Shown here in pieces: positions 19,177-28,715 of a stretch of DNA of 64,000 nucleotides. The notes beneath the pieces are model-generated. The model was given only the letters and a program-made list of their open reading frames with translations. It had not been told where the DNA came from and did not search any database. Each line of letters opens with the position of its first letter. Within the stretch, counting starts at the first letter, position 1. Made by a program: the position numbers and the translations under genes. Source of the DNA: Candidatus Thorarchaeota archaeon (GTDB lineage: Archaea; Asgardarchaeota; Thorarchaeia; Thorarchaeales; Thorarchaeaceae); the NCBI GenBank assembly GCA_004524445.1, contig SDNP01000015.1, positions 1 through 64,000 of the forward strand. The letters are read 5' to 3'.

Positions 19177-19665
19177 CTAAGTCATATTTTCGATTGCATC
19201 CTTCGCTCTCCGGAGAGTCAGAGCCACCTGTCCTGCATGATGGACTGTGTGAAATCCGCCCATTACGCGCAGAATTGTTTCAACGGTTCCTTCACGTAAT
19301 CGTGCAGGAGGCGGCAGGGTTGTTCTCTCCGCCATCATTGAGTCATCCAATTTTGTACATAACTGCTTGAACAAATCATATGCGGAATTAATCGGGAAGG
19401 CGAAACTCTCGTAATCACTTTGGTCTGATGGTTCATCCATTTCCTCCAGCCGTATTCCATAATCATCGGCAATTTTTGAGCAGACAATTGAAACGGTCCA
19501 TGAGATATGTTCTAGTATTTCTGAAACGGATCTTCCTCCGTCAGGGGGTTCCCAGCTGAGAAGTGTAATATCATCCATTAGCTGTGATAATAACCAATTA
19601 CGGGCACCCAAGCCAAGACGTAGCAAATTTCCACGTAGCCCAACAAGATGATTTTCTTCTGGCAA
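19177..19665 (-). CDS. DinB/YfiT family protein
   Basis: W.PPDGGRSVSEILEHI and FHTVHHAGQV metal-binding His pattern. Confidence 0.8.
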   Translation of the reverse strand: MPEENHLVGLRGNLLRLGLGARNWLLSQLMDDITLLSWEPPDGGRSVSEILEHISWTVSIVCSKIADDYGIRLEEMDEPSDQSDYESFAFPINSAYDLFKQLCTKLDDSMMAERTTLPPPARLREGTVETILRVMGGFHTVHHAGQVALTLRRAKDAIENMT

Positions 19666-19713
19666 AGATTATGCCTCCAGGATTATACAACTTGTAGTGA
19701 GTAAATTAGACCT

Positions 19714-21024
19714 TCACTGTTTCCGTTTATGCTTTTTCCCCGGTTCTGACGGATTCTCAAAAGGTGAGAGGGAATCAGAATATGCCAACTTGACTACCTC
19801 CTCGAGACTACGGTTTCCCTCTGGATACTCAAGAATAGTTACAAGCTCGCCCATTAGGATGCCAAAGGGCCCCGCGCCTATTTCGCGAGTCACAAGTATT
19901 TCTGCATCTTGGTCTAGAATTAGCTGTGCAGTTTCAATACCGCGCTTTGAATCAGCTGATACTCCGGGATTTTCAATGGCGGTCGGGTTTTCCAGTGTTC
20001 CATCTGAAACATCAACAAAGAGGATATAGGGTGCTCTGGCGAAATGTGGGCTCACCTCAGAGAAGAGTCCATTATCCTCTGAAACCGGCACCGCAATCCT
20101 ATTTCCTTTTCGGGTTGCGGGATCTATATGGATGGTGATGGATTCAAGCTCAGGTTCAGCATCGCAGACTCGTTTATCAACAATGTTTGAGATGCGATGT
20201 GCATGTTCGAGGGGGAGGTCTTTCCTGACGGAGATATGCATCTCACCAAATAAGACAGCACCAGCCCTCCGCAATCTCACATCATGGACACCCATAACGC
20301 CCTCAACACCACGTGCGACTTCACGAATTCGTTTCACATTTTCAAGATCCACCGCTGCATCCATAAGTGAAAAAATGGCATCCTTTGCCAATTGGGCACC
20401 TTCCTTCAGGATATAGGCACCAATGGCGATTGCGACAAGAATTTCAACATGAGGGAATCCTGCTGCAGAGAAGAATATTCCTGCAAATGCAATCACTCCT
20501 GCCCAGACATCAGCCAAAGAGTGCGCGCCATCTGCAATAAGCGCCCGACTTCCAATTTCCTCCCCCACGTTCCGCTTATAGCGACCAATAAGAAAATACA
20601 CTGCAGCGGATGTTGCTGCTGCTACCAAAGGCAACAATGCTTGTCGAATTGGTTCAGGATTGAAAATGCTGAAAATTGACTCCCATATGATACTTAGACC
20701 GGTTAGGGAAACCATGGCTGCAACAATTAGAGATGCGATGGTTTCAGCGCGATAATAGCCGAAGGGAAATTTCTTATCGGGGTCACGGTTAGCAAGTTTC
20801 AACCCAGACCAAACAAGCGCTGATGCTAATATGTCAGAGAAAGAGTTCACAGCATCAGCCTGTAGAGCAACGCTACCGTAGATCAACCCAACTGAGCCCT
20901 TCAAGATTGTTAGAAATACCATTAATATGGCAGAAATCATGGCAACCGTTCTGCCCTTATCGAACTCAGATGACGGTCGTCTTCGTCCCCCTTTGTCAAC
21001 TGCCATTGCAATCACTAATTCCAC
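19714..21024 (-). CDS. Cation diffusion facilitator fused to a NifB/NifX (FeMo-cofactor-binding-like) domain
   Basis: SVALQADAVNSFSD, FPFGYYRAE, ADGAHSLAD, ZT-dimer ITIHIDP, then RIAVPV...VSPHFARAPY. Confidence 0.88.
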   Translation of the reverse strand: MELVIAMAVDKGGRRRPSSEFDKGRTVAMISAILMVFLTILKGSVGLIYGSVALQADAVNSFSDILASALVWSGLKLANRDPDKKFPFGYYRAETIASLIVAAMVSLTGLSIIWESIFSIFNPEPIRQALLPLVAAATSAAVYFLIGRYKRNVGEEIGSRALIADGAHSLADVWAGVIAFAGIFFSAAGFPHVEILVAIAIGAYILKEGAQLAKDAIFSLMDAAVDLENVKRIREVARGVEGVMGVHDVRLRRAGAVLFGEMHISVRKDLPLEHAHRISNIVDKRVCDAEPELESITIHIDPATRKGNRIAVPVSEDNGLFSEVSPHFARAPYILFVDVSDGTLENPTAIENPGVSADSKRGIETAQLILDQDAEILVTREIGAGPFGILMGELVTILEYPEGNRSLEEVVKLAYSDSLSPFENPSEPGKKHKRKQ

Positions 21025-21093
21025 AAATAATCTCCTAGTTGAATGTTACCATGATTGCAGTCCCAGAAGCGAAGAATTTCCAAACATCTCAAT

Positions 21094-22182
21094 TTATGAA
21101 TCTACAATCTCGTACATCCATGGGGAGTCTTTTTCATCATCACTATTTTGAATGTCTAGGAGTTGTTTTTGAAGGATATCGATAGCCAATTCTGAGATGT
21201 CACTAACTACCCAGCGGCGTTTCATTAGTTCAGCTGCAACAGCGGTAGTTCCAGAGCCAACAAAGAAGTCGGCAATAATATCTTCTTCATCAGTAGAACT
21301 CTCAATTATCCGCTTCAACAGAGCACGCGGCTTTTGGGTTGTGAAGCCAGTGTACTCTGCAGAAGCGCCCTGTACTGGAGGAATATCTAGCCATAGGTCA
21401 GATACTGGAATTCCTTTTACATCAGCCAAATACTGTTTCTTTGAATACCGTCCGTTTCGACTCGTGTAGATAATGCCTTCATTCCACCACTTGTCCAAAG
21501 TTTCCTTCCTATATAGATAAGGGGCCGTTCTTCCTCTCCACTCGAACTGTTTTCTGTTCTGGGTTCGCTGAATCCCATGTGCTTCGATCTCAATTAGGCG
21601 AAACCTTCCTCTTTCATCTTCATAGCTATAGGGACGAAGAGCACGCTTATCATGAGGACGATATATTATCTTGGCCTCAAATTCTTCCGCATTGTTGGCA
21701 TAGAGAAGGATAACATCATGTTGAGAACCAAATCCATGACTTTGCGCTTTTGGGCTATTTGTCCTCTTCCAGATAATTTGATTTACAAAATTCTCATATC
21801 CAAAGATTCTATCGAGCATAACCTTAGCGTAATGCATTACGTGTGAATCAAGATGGAGCCAAAAGGAACCATCCTCAGTAAGCAGGGGCTTCATTGCTTC
21901 AATACGTTCGTTCATGAAGGATAAGTACGCCTCTAACCCCCCATCCCATACATCAGAGTATGAATCATACTCAGTTAGGGATGCAGCATTCTTCCCGCTC
22001 GCGACCCCCTTTTTCTTTATCGTATAATCTTGACCAGAAAAGAAAGGAGGATCAATATAGATTGCTTTAATTTTTGATTGCAGTTCAGTGCCAAGACTTT
22101 CAATGGCCTCAAGGCAATCTCCTAGGAATATCTTGTTCTTCCATGAGGACATAATCAGTATAGATGATACAATCCTTATCAC
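21094..22182 (-). CDS. Site-specific DNA methyltransferase (N6A/N4C, beta class); start may be ATG 22152
   Basis: IYIDPPF (motif IV) precedes TQKP..LL.RII and DFFVGSGTT (motif I). Confidence 0.9.
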   Translation of the reverse strand: MIRIVSSILIMSSWKNKIFLGDCLEAIESLGTELQSKIKAIYIDPPFFSGQDYTIKKKGVASGKNAASLTEYDSYSDVWDGGLEAYLSFMNERIEAMKPLLTEDGSFWLHLDSHVMHYAKVMLDRIFGYENFVNQIIWKRTNSPKAQSHGFGSQHDVILLYANNAEEFEAKIIYRPHDKRALRPYSYEDERGRFRLIEIEAHGIQRTQNRKQFEWRGRTAPYLYRKETLDKWWNEGIIYTSRNGRYSKKQYLADVKGIPVSDLWLDIPPVQGASAEYTGFTTQKPRALLKRIIESSTDEEDIIADFFVGSGTTAVAAELMKRRWVVSDISELAIDILQKQLLDIQNSDDEKDSPWMYEIVDS

Positions 22183-22271
22183 TCCTTACATTATCCAATC
22201 ATCCATTGAAATTATCCGACACCAATATTAGAGACGATACAACCTAGAGAATCGCTTGGAGGATTAAATAA

Positions 22272-24977
22272 TTGCAGAAATACCAAGTGCCAATTGTTGC
22301 AATGATTGTTTCCATCCTTGTGTTACCAGGTGCAGTAATGGCACTGGTGGTAGTTGGACCGATTTCTCCCCAACAGGCTCCAAATCCTGTTAAAGTTGCC
22401 GTAGTAGGTAGCACCAGAGGCCAGGCGATCGTCAGCTCGCTCGAAATTGACCAGTCATCAATTTCTCTGACTCTGGCAGATAGCATTTTCGATGCCATTT
22501 CGGCAGGGCCTGATGTAATTGTCATAATTGATTCGCCCATTGTGGCTGGAGATCTTACAATTCTAAGCCCATACGTTGATGGAGGTGGTGGGCTTCTTAT
22601 CCTCTCTGGAGCTGAAATGACCGCCACTGGTACTGGTTTTTCCGAACTCTCAATAACAGAGTCAAATGATCTCCGAGCTAGCCAAGATAATGCAGGTGTC
22701 GTTACACGCATGTTGGAAGTGGAGCATCCGTTATTGAGCATTGATTGGTCATCCGCCCCAGCATCTGAGAAAATCACAATCCTCCCAGAGCTATCTGATT
22801 CGTCTACGATTCTTCTTGCCAATGACACGGGCTTCGGTACAGCAGGTGCACCACTGCTCGTACATACGGAATATGGCTCTGGAGATATACTGGTCTACAC
22901 ACCTTGGTTGACAGTAAATGAAACAGCTGAAGTAGAACAAACAAACTATGAACTAATCTTATGGCCCTACTTCAACTATTTCCTGTATTCGTCATCAGTC
23001 TATCTTGGCGGAGAAACGCCCTATACATACGCGGAGTGGGAATACTCGCCTGTTCCGCACTATGAGCAACAGTTGATCATCGGGATTATAGTTCTGGTGA
23101 TAGGTATTACCACAGTTTCGGCCTATAGAACCATGAGAAAACGCTCGAAGAAACGGAGGGAGGTTCTTACTGAAATAGAAAAAGCAGAACTCCTCGTTGA
23201 AACCACTGAAGAAGTCGATGAGTGGGAAGAAATTGGCATGCATCGGCAACTTGGTGGATTTCTAATACAGCTATTCGCAACGCTATTGATAATTATCCCA
23301 AGAGTTGTCCTCTCGATTATGATCTACCCTCGTTTCGTGATGCCCTTCCCACAAGCAGCAGGTTGGTTCTCCTTCAGTGTTAACTTATTCCTTGGTCTTT
23401 GGGTATTGTTTGACTTGGGTACCAGTGTGGCTCTTGCGAAGTACTTTGCAGAGTATAGGGTGTCACAGCCAGAAGAGGCAGTCAAGTATGCTCAAATCTT
23501 CGTATGGTTTCAGTGCCTGACTGGCATGGTGCAAATCACATTGGTTGCATTTGTTGGCTCCATATTATTCCCTCACACATATCTGGCGCACTTATCTTAC
23601 GTATTCATAGCCCATTCGCTATTCCAATTCCCAGGCTTCACCCTTCTCTTTATTCATGTCTTTCGGGGAATGAACAGGATAGACCTGCAACAAATCACTA
23701 GTATTCTCTATTATGCCGTGTTCAATATCCTAGGTCCATACGTCATGATACTGGTCTTCCGTTGGTGGGGCAGCCAAAATCCCATCTTTGGGGAGGCACT
23801 AGGAGGTGCGATAGGACAAGCAGTTGGGTCATACCTAACAGAATGGATGACATTTGGAGTTTCGCTCTATCTGTTTAAGAGACTGGGCTTTAATGCTAGC
23901 ACGTTGTTCAGAGTCGATTTTGGGAGGGACCAAATCAAAAAGGCAATGAAATTTGGTGCCAAATGGACAGTCGGGGCGGCAACCGTGCCCCTTGTTTGGT
24001 TCTTTCAAATGATTCTAGTTAGCACCAATTTACTCAATTGGTCAGCGCTACAGGGACAATACCAGCTCGCATGGGACCTTGCAATAATGGTTTCAGTAGT
24101 CGGGTTGTTCATGGAGGGGATGCTTGGAGGTATCTCTGAAGCTTACTCTCATGCAAAAGAAAAGCTAACCGAATTGTATACAGCACAAGGTCTCAAATAT
24201 GGGGCTTTCTTTGTCTTCTGGCTTATTTCCGTATTAGCTGCAGTTGGCCCAAGAGCAATCCTTGGCGCGGCAGGTGAAAATTGGGCATATGCAGCGTACT
24301 TGCTTTGGTTCTTTCTGCTATTCCAACTGATGGGCTTTTGGAGCTGGCTTGGTGACTGGATGTTTGCTGGAGCAGAAAAAACAGGACTTGCTGCAGCAGT
24401 GTGGATTCTGGAGCAATCTGTGAGGGCAATAGGAATGGCGTATTTTGTCATTACTGAACCAGTTATCTATGGCATATACCTGGGGGGAATGCCCGGAATC
24501 ATAATCGGCTATTGCATTGGACTCTTTGTGAAGGATATTGTGGCATGGATCATAATTAGACGGAAAATCGCTGCACCGAAATTCTATACATGGCAGAGCT
24601 ACATCGGCCCAGCGTTAGCAGCTATTATGAATTACTTGATTCTGGAAATCCTATCAAGACTCATCTGGGGCGGAGTGAATGATATCATCACCTCGGCCTT
24701 GCTCTTCTTCATAGGCACATTGCCATCTCTATACATCTATTCGTTCATAAGCGGACTAACAGGAACCTGGGATGAGAGAACGCTCTCTGAGTTTAAGCGA
24801 GCCTCTGAGATGGTAAGGGCACGAGGACTGGGATGGTTGTCTCGACGATTCTATGGATCCATAGCGTTGGGTGCAGCAATATCTCCACTCCACGACAGAT
24901 ATCCAATAGATATCTATGACGACGCAATGGCAGAAGCCAAAGAACTCACTAAGGAGAAAAAAGAGCTGGTCATCTAA
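22272..24977 (+). CDS. Multi-pass membrane protein: extracellular domain plus MOP/oligosaccharide-flippase-like domain
   Basis: N-terminal signal/TM, ~240-aa soluble domain (YVDGGGGLLIL), TM, charged linker, then 12-14 TM helices with FDLGTSVALAKYFAEY. Confidence 0.7.
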   Translation: MQKYQVPIVAMIVSILVLPGAVMALVVVGPISPQQAPNPVKVAVVGSTRGQAIVSSLEIDQSSISLTLADSIFDAISAGPDVIVIIDSPIVAGDLTILSPYVDGGGGLLILSGAEMTATGTGFSELSITESNDLRASQDNAGVVTRMLEVEHPLLSIDWSSAPASEKITILPELSDSSTILLANDTGFGTAGAPLLVHTEYGSGDILVYTPWLTVNETAEVEQTNYELILWPYFNYFLYSSSVYLGGETPYTYAEWEYSPVPHYEQQLIIGIIVLVIGITTVSAYRTMRKRSKKRREVLTEIEKAELLVETTEEVDEWEEIGMHRQLGGFLIQLFATLLIIIPRVVLSIMIYPRFVMPFPQAAGWFSFSVNLFLGLWVLFDLGTSVALAKYFAEYRVSQPEEAVKYAQIFVWFQCLTGMVQITLVAFVGSILFPHTYLAHLSYVFIAHSLFQFPGFTLLFIHVFRGMNRIDLQQITSILYYAVFNILGPYVMILVFRWWGSQNPIFGEALGGAIGQAVGSYLTEWMTFGVSLYLFKRLGFNASTLFRVDFGRDQIKKAMKFGAKWTVGAATVPLVWFFQMILVSTNLLNWSALQGQYQLAWDLAIMVSVVGLFMEGMLGGISEAYSHAKEKLTELYTAQGLKYGAFFVFWLISVLAAVGPRAILGAAGENWAYAAYLLWFFLLFQLMGFWSWLGDWMFAGAEKTGLAAAVWILEQSVRAIGMAYFVITEPVIYGIYLGGMPGIIIGYCIGLFVKDIVAWIIIRRKIAAPKFYTWQSYIGPALAAIMNYLILEILSRLIWGGVNDIITSALLFFIGTLPSLYIYSFISGLTGTWDERTLSEFKRASEMVRARGLGWLSRRFYGSIALGAAISPLHDRYPIDIYDDAMAEAKELTKEKKELVI

Positions 24978-25072
24978 GAGCAGAAGAAGGAAAAATGGAT
25001 TCCAATTTCACCTATGGTGGAACCCAACCGGCAAGTTAATTGCAGCTAGAGAGTGTGATATCTTACTGAGAT

Positions 25073-25321
25073 TCAAAAATCCATATCGTCGAGGACTTCT
25101 TCGCCTGTTTGATCAATTTCTGCCTCTTTTTCTGCAACCTCTTGTTTAACCAAACGTACGAGATAACCAGCAATCCTGTTCCGAACAGTCTTTGTTTGGA
25201 CATCAGTATATTGTTCAACGAGTCGTTTGTTCGTTTCAAAATCATCGGTAAACTCGTCAGGATAGTACTGCATCAATCGCCTTGCAGCAGCCTTAATGTA
25301 GGTCGGTCTAATACTTCCCAA
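25073..25321 (-). CDS. rps17e: 30S ribosomal protein S17e
   Basis: MGSIRPTYIK...FTDDFETNK...TKTVRNRIAGY. Confidence 0.96.
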   Translation of the reverse strand: MGSIRPTYIKAAARRLMQYYPDEFTDDFETNKRLVEQYTDVQTKTVRNRIAGYLVRLVKQEVAEKEAEIDQTGEEVLDDMDF

Positions 25322-25416
25322 TTGTTATCCACCATCAAATCTGTTCGGTTTTGTGGAGCGGCTCGACTGCGTTTATAAAGCATGTGGTTACTCCGTCCTA
25401 AAGTGGTGCTCTCGCA

Positions 25417-27180
25417 GTGCTCTATCGATACTTAGCAGATGCATATGACGCTATTGAATCAGTTTCATCCTCTCTAGAGAAGATTGACATATTCTCGAAG
25501 CTGCTAACAGAAGCAACTGCTGACGAAATTGAGAAGATTATTCCGCTGACGATTGGGAAACTACATCCGGACTGGCAAGGTCTCCCTGAGATTGGAATAG
25601 CAGAGAAAATGGCAATTCAAGTGATTGCGCAAGCGGCTTCTTCAACAGAATCAGCTGTGAAAGACAGGCTAAGAAGGATTGGAGACATTGGATCCGTTGC
25701 AGAAGAGCTTCTGGAGTCAGGGAGCCAAACGACACTTGCACCGGAGGAACTCACAGTAACCGGGGTATATGTGACGCTAGATGAAATTGCAGAAGAGAGT
25801 GGCACGGGGAGCGCCAGAGTGAAAATGTCCAGATTGATTGGATTGCTATCTGATGCAGAACCGCTCGAGGCGAGATACATTCTAAGAACAATCACCGGTT
25901 CACTTCGATTGGGTTTAAGCGAGATGGGTATCCTTGACTCGCTTGCTTTAGCTTTTACTGGTACTCGTGAAACCAGACCGGATATCGAGAGAGCCTTCAA
26001 TATGTGTAGTGACCTAGCACGTGTGGCCAAGCTTCTACACTCTGAAGACCTGACTGCAATTAGGGAATTGGGACCGCAAGTCGGGACACCCATTAGAATG
26101 ATGGCTGCCAAAAAACTCACAACAGCTGAAGAAATATTGGAGAAGGCAGGTGGCAAAGCCCTTGTGGAAGTCAAATACGATGGGGAGAGAATCCAAGCGC
26201 ATCGGAAAGGTAATCGAATTGTGCTATTTTCCAGAAGGCAAGAAGAAATAACACACCAGTACCCAGATGTAGTGCAATATATCACAGAAGGAATTACAGC
26301 TGATTCTTGCATAATCGAGGGTGAATGTATAGCCATTGACCCACACACAGGAAAAACGCGCCCATTCCAGGAGCTGATGAGACGCAGGAGAAAGACGGAC
26401 ATTCGAGAAATCAGTGAAGAAATACCTGTTGCCTTCAGGGCGTTTGACCTTTTACTTCTGAATGGTGACGACCTTACTAGTAAGCCGATCCTGACACGTC
26501 GTAATCATCTGGAGAGCATCACGGTTTCTAATGAGAACATATCGCTTACAGAGGGTGAGGTAACTGATGATTTCAAGAGGTTGCAGGAACTTTTTGAAAA
26601 TTCTTTGAAATCGGGCAATGAAGGAGTAATTGCAAAGGCTGTACATGATGATGCAGTATATCAAGCTGGTTCTCGGTCGTGGCTTTGGATCAAGTTGAAG
26701 CCGTCATACACAGATACATTTACGGACTCAGTAGATTTGGTTGTAGTTGGAGCGCTACATGGGAGGGGTAAGCGGACAGGAGTGTATGGAACAATTGTGG
26801 CATCAGCCTATGATGAAGAACACGATACATTTCCAACGGTATGCAAGATAGGAACCGGTTTCACTGATGAGATGCTAGCAGAGTTCAAAGAGCGTCTTGA
26901 TGTATTGCGACTTGAGAGTCCGAGTCCCAAAGTCCTAGCAGACATTCAGGCAGACATATGGTTTGAGCCAAAAGAGGTAATAGAGGTGATTGGTGATGAG
27001 ATGACTCTGAGCCCAATTCATCTTGCGGGAAAGGATAGACTGAGAGAGGGAGGATTGGCCATACGATTTCCACGTTTCACTGGAAGATGGAGGGATGACA
27101 AATCCCCCACTCAAGCAACTACAGTGGGCGAGCTCATTGAGTTATTCCAATCCCAACATGCAAGAAAAGGTCATGAGTAA
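25417..27180 (+). CDS. lig: ATP-dependent DNA ligase
   Basis: EVKYDGERIQAH (KxDG), EGVIAK, WLWIKLK, IRFPRF..WRDDK. Confidence 0.97.
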   Translation: MLYRYLADAYDAIESVSSSLEKIDIFSKLLTEATADEIEKIIPLTIGKLHPDWQGLPEIGIAEKMAIQVIAQAASSTESAVKDRLRRIGDIGSVAEELLESGSQTTLAPEELTVTGVYVTLDEIAEESGTGSARVKMSRLIGLLSDAEPLEARYILRTITGSLRLGLSEMGILDSLALAFTGTRETRPDIERAFNMCSDLARVAKLLHSEDLTAIRELGPQVGTPIRMMAAKKLTTAEEILEKAGGKALVEVKYDGERIQAHRKGNRIVLFSRRQEEITHQYPDVVQYITEGITADSCIIEGECIAIDPHTGKTRPFQELMRRRRKTDIREISEEIPVAFRAFDLLLLNGDDLTSKPILTRRNHLESITVSNENISLTEGEVTDDFKRLQELFENSLKSGNEGVIAKAVHDDAVYQAGSRSWLWIKLKPSYTDTFTDSVDLVVVGALHGRGKRTGVYGTIVASAYDEEHDTFPTVCKIGTGFTDEMLAEFKERLDVLRLESPSPKVLADIQADIWFEPKEVIEVIGDEMTLSPIHLAGKDRLREGGLAIRFPRFTGRWRDDKSPTQATTVGELIELFQSQHARKGHE

Positions 27181-27230
27181 GACACAAATTTGAATGAGTT
27201 CTGTTTTAGTAACGTAAGATGTGATAATGG

Positions 27231-27689
27231 ATGCACAGTATTCGTGTGGACGATCGGAAACTAAGATTCAGTGCGGCGCATTTTGTACAGGGAACGGATT
27301 ATTGCGAAAGCCTTCATGGTCATAACTACCAAGTGTCTATCACCATAACTGGAGAGTTAGATTCATACGGGATGGTGCTCGATTTTGGAGTTGTGAAGAA
27401 GCAGGTCAAAGAAATATGCGATACTCTGGACCACATGATACTACTGCCAGGAAGCTCGGATGTGATCAACATTACGTCGGGAACAGACGAAATAGAAGTG
27501 AATATCGATGATAAGCGGTATGTCTTTCCTTCAGAGGATTGTTTGATCCTTCCAATACCAGCAACTACCGCCGAGTTACTTGCAGAATATGTAGCCTCAA
27601 ACCTAGATTTGCCAAACAAATATCAAACCAAAATATGTGTCAGTGAAAGCGAGGGAAGCAGCGGATGCTTTTACTCCGAGCCCACATGA
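27231..27689 (+). CDS. queD: 6-carboxytetrahydropterin / 6-pyruvoyltetrahydropterin synthase family
   Basis: FSAAHF, CESLHGHNY, LDFGVVK, LDHMIL, TTAELLA. Confidence 0.88.
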   Translation: MHSIRVDDRKLRFSAAHFVQGTDYCESLHGHNYQVSITITGELDSYGMVLDFGVVKKQVKEICDTLDHMILLPGSSDVINITSGTDEIEVNIDDKRYVFPSEDCLILPIPATTAELLAEYVASNLDLPNKYQTKICVSESEGSSGCFYSEPT

Positions 27690-27785
27690 AATCTAGCCCG
27701 ATATCGCAAAGCTAAAAGGCGATTCATTCACCGCCTCTTAACAACAGCTTACACGTTTTCGTGAACGCCTTAGGAGATACAGAAA

Positions 27786-28598
27786 CTGGTCATCGATACT
27801 CAGAACGAGAGCCCAAAACACAGAATCCAACTCAAGAAAGTGGGAGTAAAGAATCTCAAGACATTCTTGATTACAGAGAGAAGTGGATTGAGGCATCATA
27901 TCATACCAACAGTAGAGATGACAATTAACCTCCCAGCGGATTTGAAGGGAATCCACATGTCAAGATTAGTTGAATCGATGACTGAAGTGATTAGTGACCA
28001 GTTTCGAGTACATGAATCAATCGAAGAACTGCAGATTAAGATTCTTAAAGCTCTTCGAGAACGTCATGGATTCAAGCGGGGAGAGATTAGGTTCGACTTT
28101 GAGTTCGGATACTCTACTAAGACGCCTGTTTCCAAGAAGAGAAGCTGGGAAGTCTGTGACATCACTGCCTCCACTGTGAAGGAGAACGGCAAGCCAGCAA
28201 TCCATGATGTTTCTGTCAAGGTCATAGGGAATACAGTCTGTCCCCATTGCTTGGCGAATAATGGAGGGATGACCCATATGCAGCGCGCATCGGGGACAAT
28301 CAGAGTGGTAGGAACTACACAAGACATTCCCACCTACGGTTCTATGATCGAGGTCGTAGAGAACTCATTCTCTAGCAAGACATACTCTTTGTTGAAACTT
28401 GAGGATGAAATGTATGTAACAAAGAAGATGCATGACAACCCTCTTTTTGTTGAGGATGTATGCAGAAACATCCTCCAGAATGCGCGAGAATCTTTCGCCG
28501 GAAGAAAACTGGAGATGCATGCGGAGGCACGTTCGTTAGAGAGCATTCACAAGCATGATGTCATTGCACATGGAAGAATTGTGACAAATGGCGAATAG
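27786..28598 (+). CDS. mptA: GTP cyclohydrolase FolE2/MptA family (probable CTG start at 27786; track start GTG 27840)
   Basis: KGIHMSR, TVCP, THMQR, LKLEDE, NPLFVEDVCR, ESIHKHD. The conserved DTQ..P...L.KVGV segment lies upstream of the track start. Confidence 0.88.
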   Translation: MVIDTQNESPKHRIQLKKVGVKNLKTFLITERSGLRHHIIPTVEMTINLPADLKGIHMSRLVESMTEVISDQFRVHESIEELQIKILKALRERHGFKRGEIRFDFEFGYSTKTPVSKKRSWEVCDITASTVKENGKPAIHDVSVKVIGNTVCPHCLANNGGMTHMQRASGTIRVVGTTQDIPTYGSMIEVVENSFSSKTYSLLKLEDEMYVTKKMHDNPLFVEDVCRNILQNARESFAGRKLEMHAEARSLESIHKHDVIAHGRIVTNGE

Positions 28599-28715
28599 CC
28601 TTTCGATTTTTTGAGGGAGTACATGCTGAATACTGTTTAATACAATTTTTCGTTGAGCTTCCATCCAGCAATCCCTGTGTCAGGCATGGCGTTATAGAAA
28701 AAGAGGGTAGTCCAA

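Noticed and set aside
22244-22828. Long antisense ORFs (22244-22828, 25617-26402, 54568-55080 and similar)
   Set aside because: They lie opposite well-supported genes and are Ser/Ile-rich without motifs, typical reverse-frame shadows.
25063-25085. Possible frameshift in the T5 run at the end of rps17e (DF-stop versus DFESQ-stop)
   Set aside because: Affects only a variable acidic tail; no evidence for programmed shifting.
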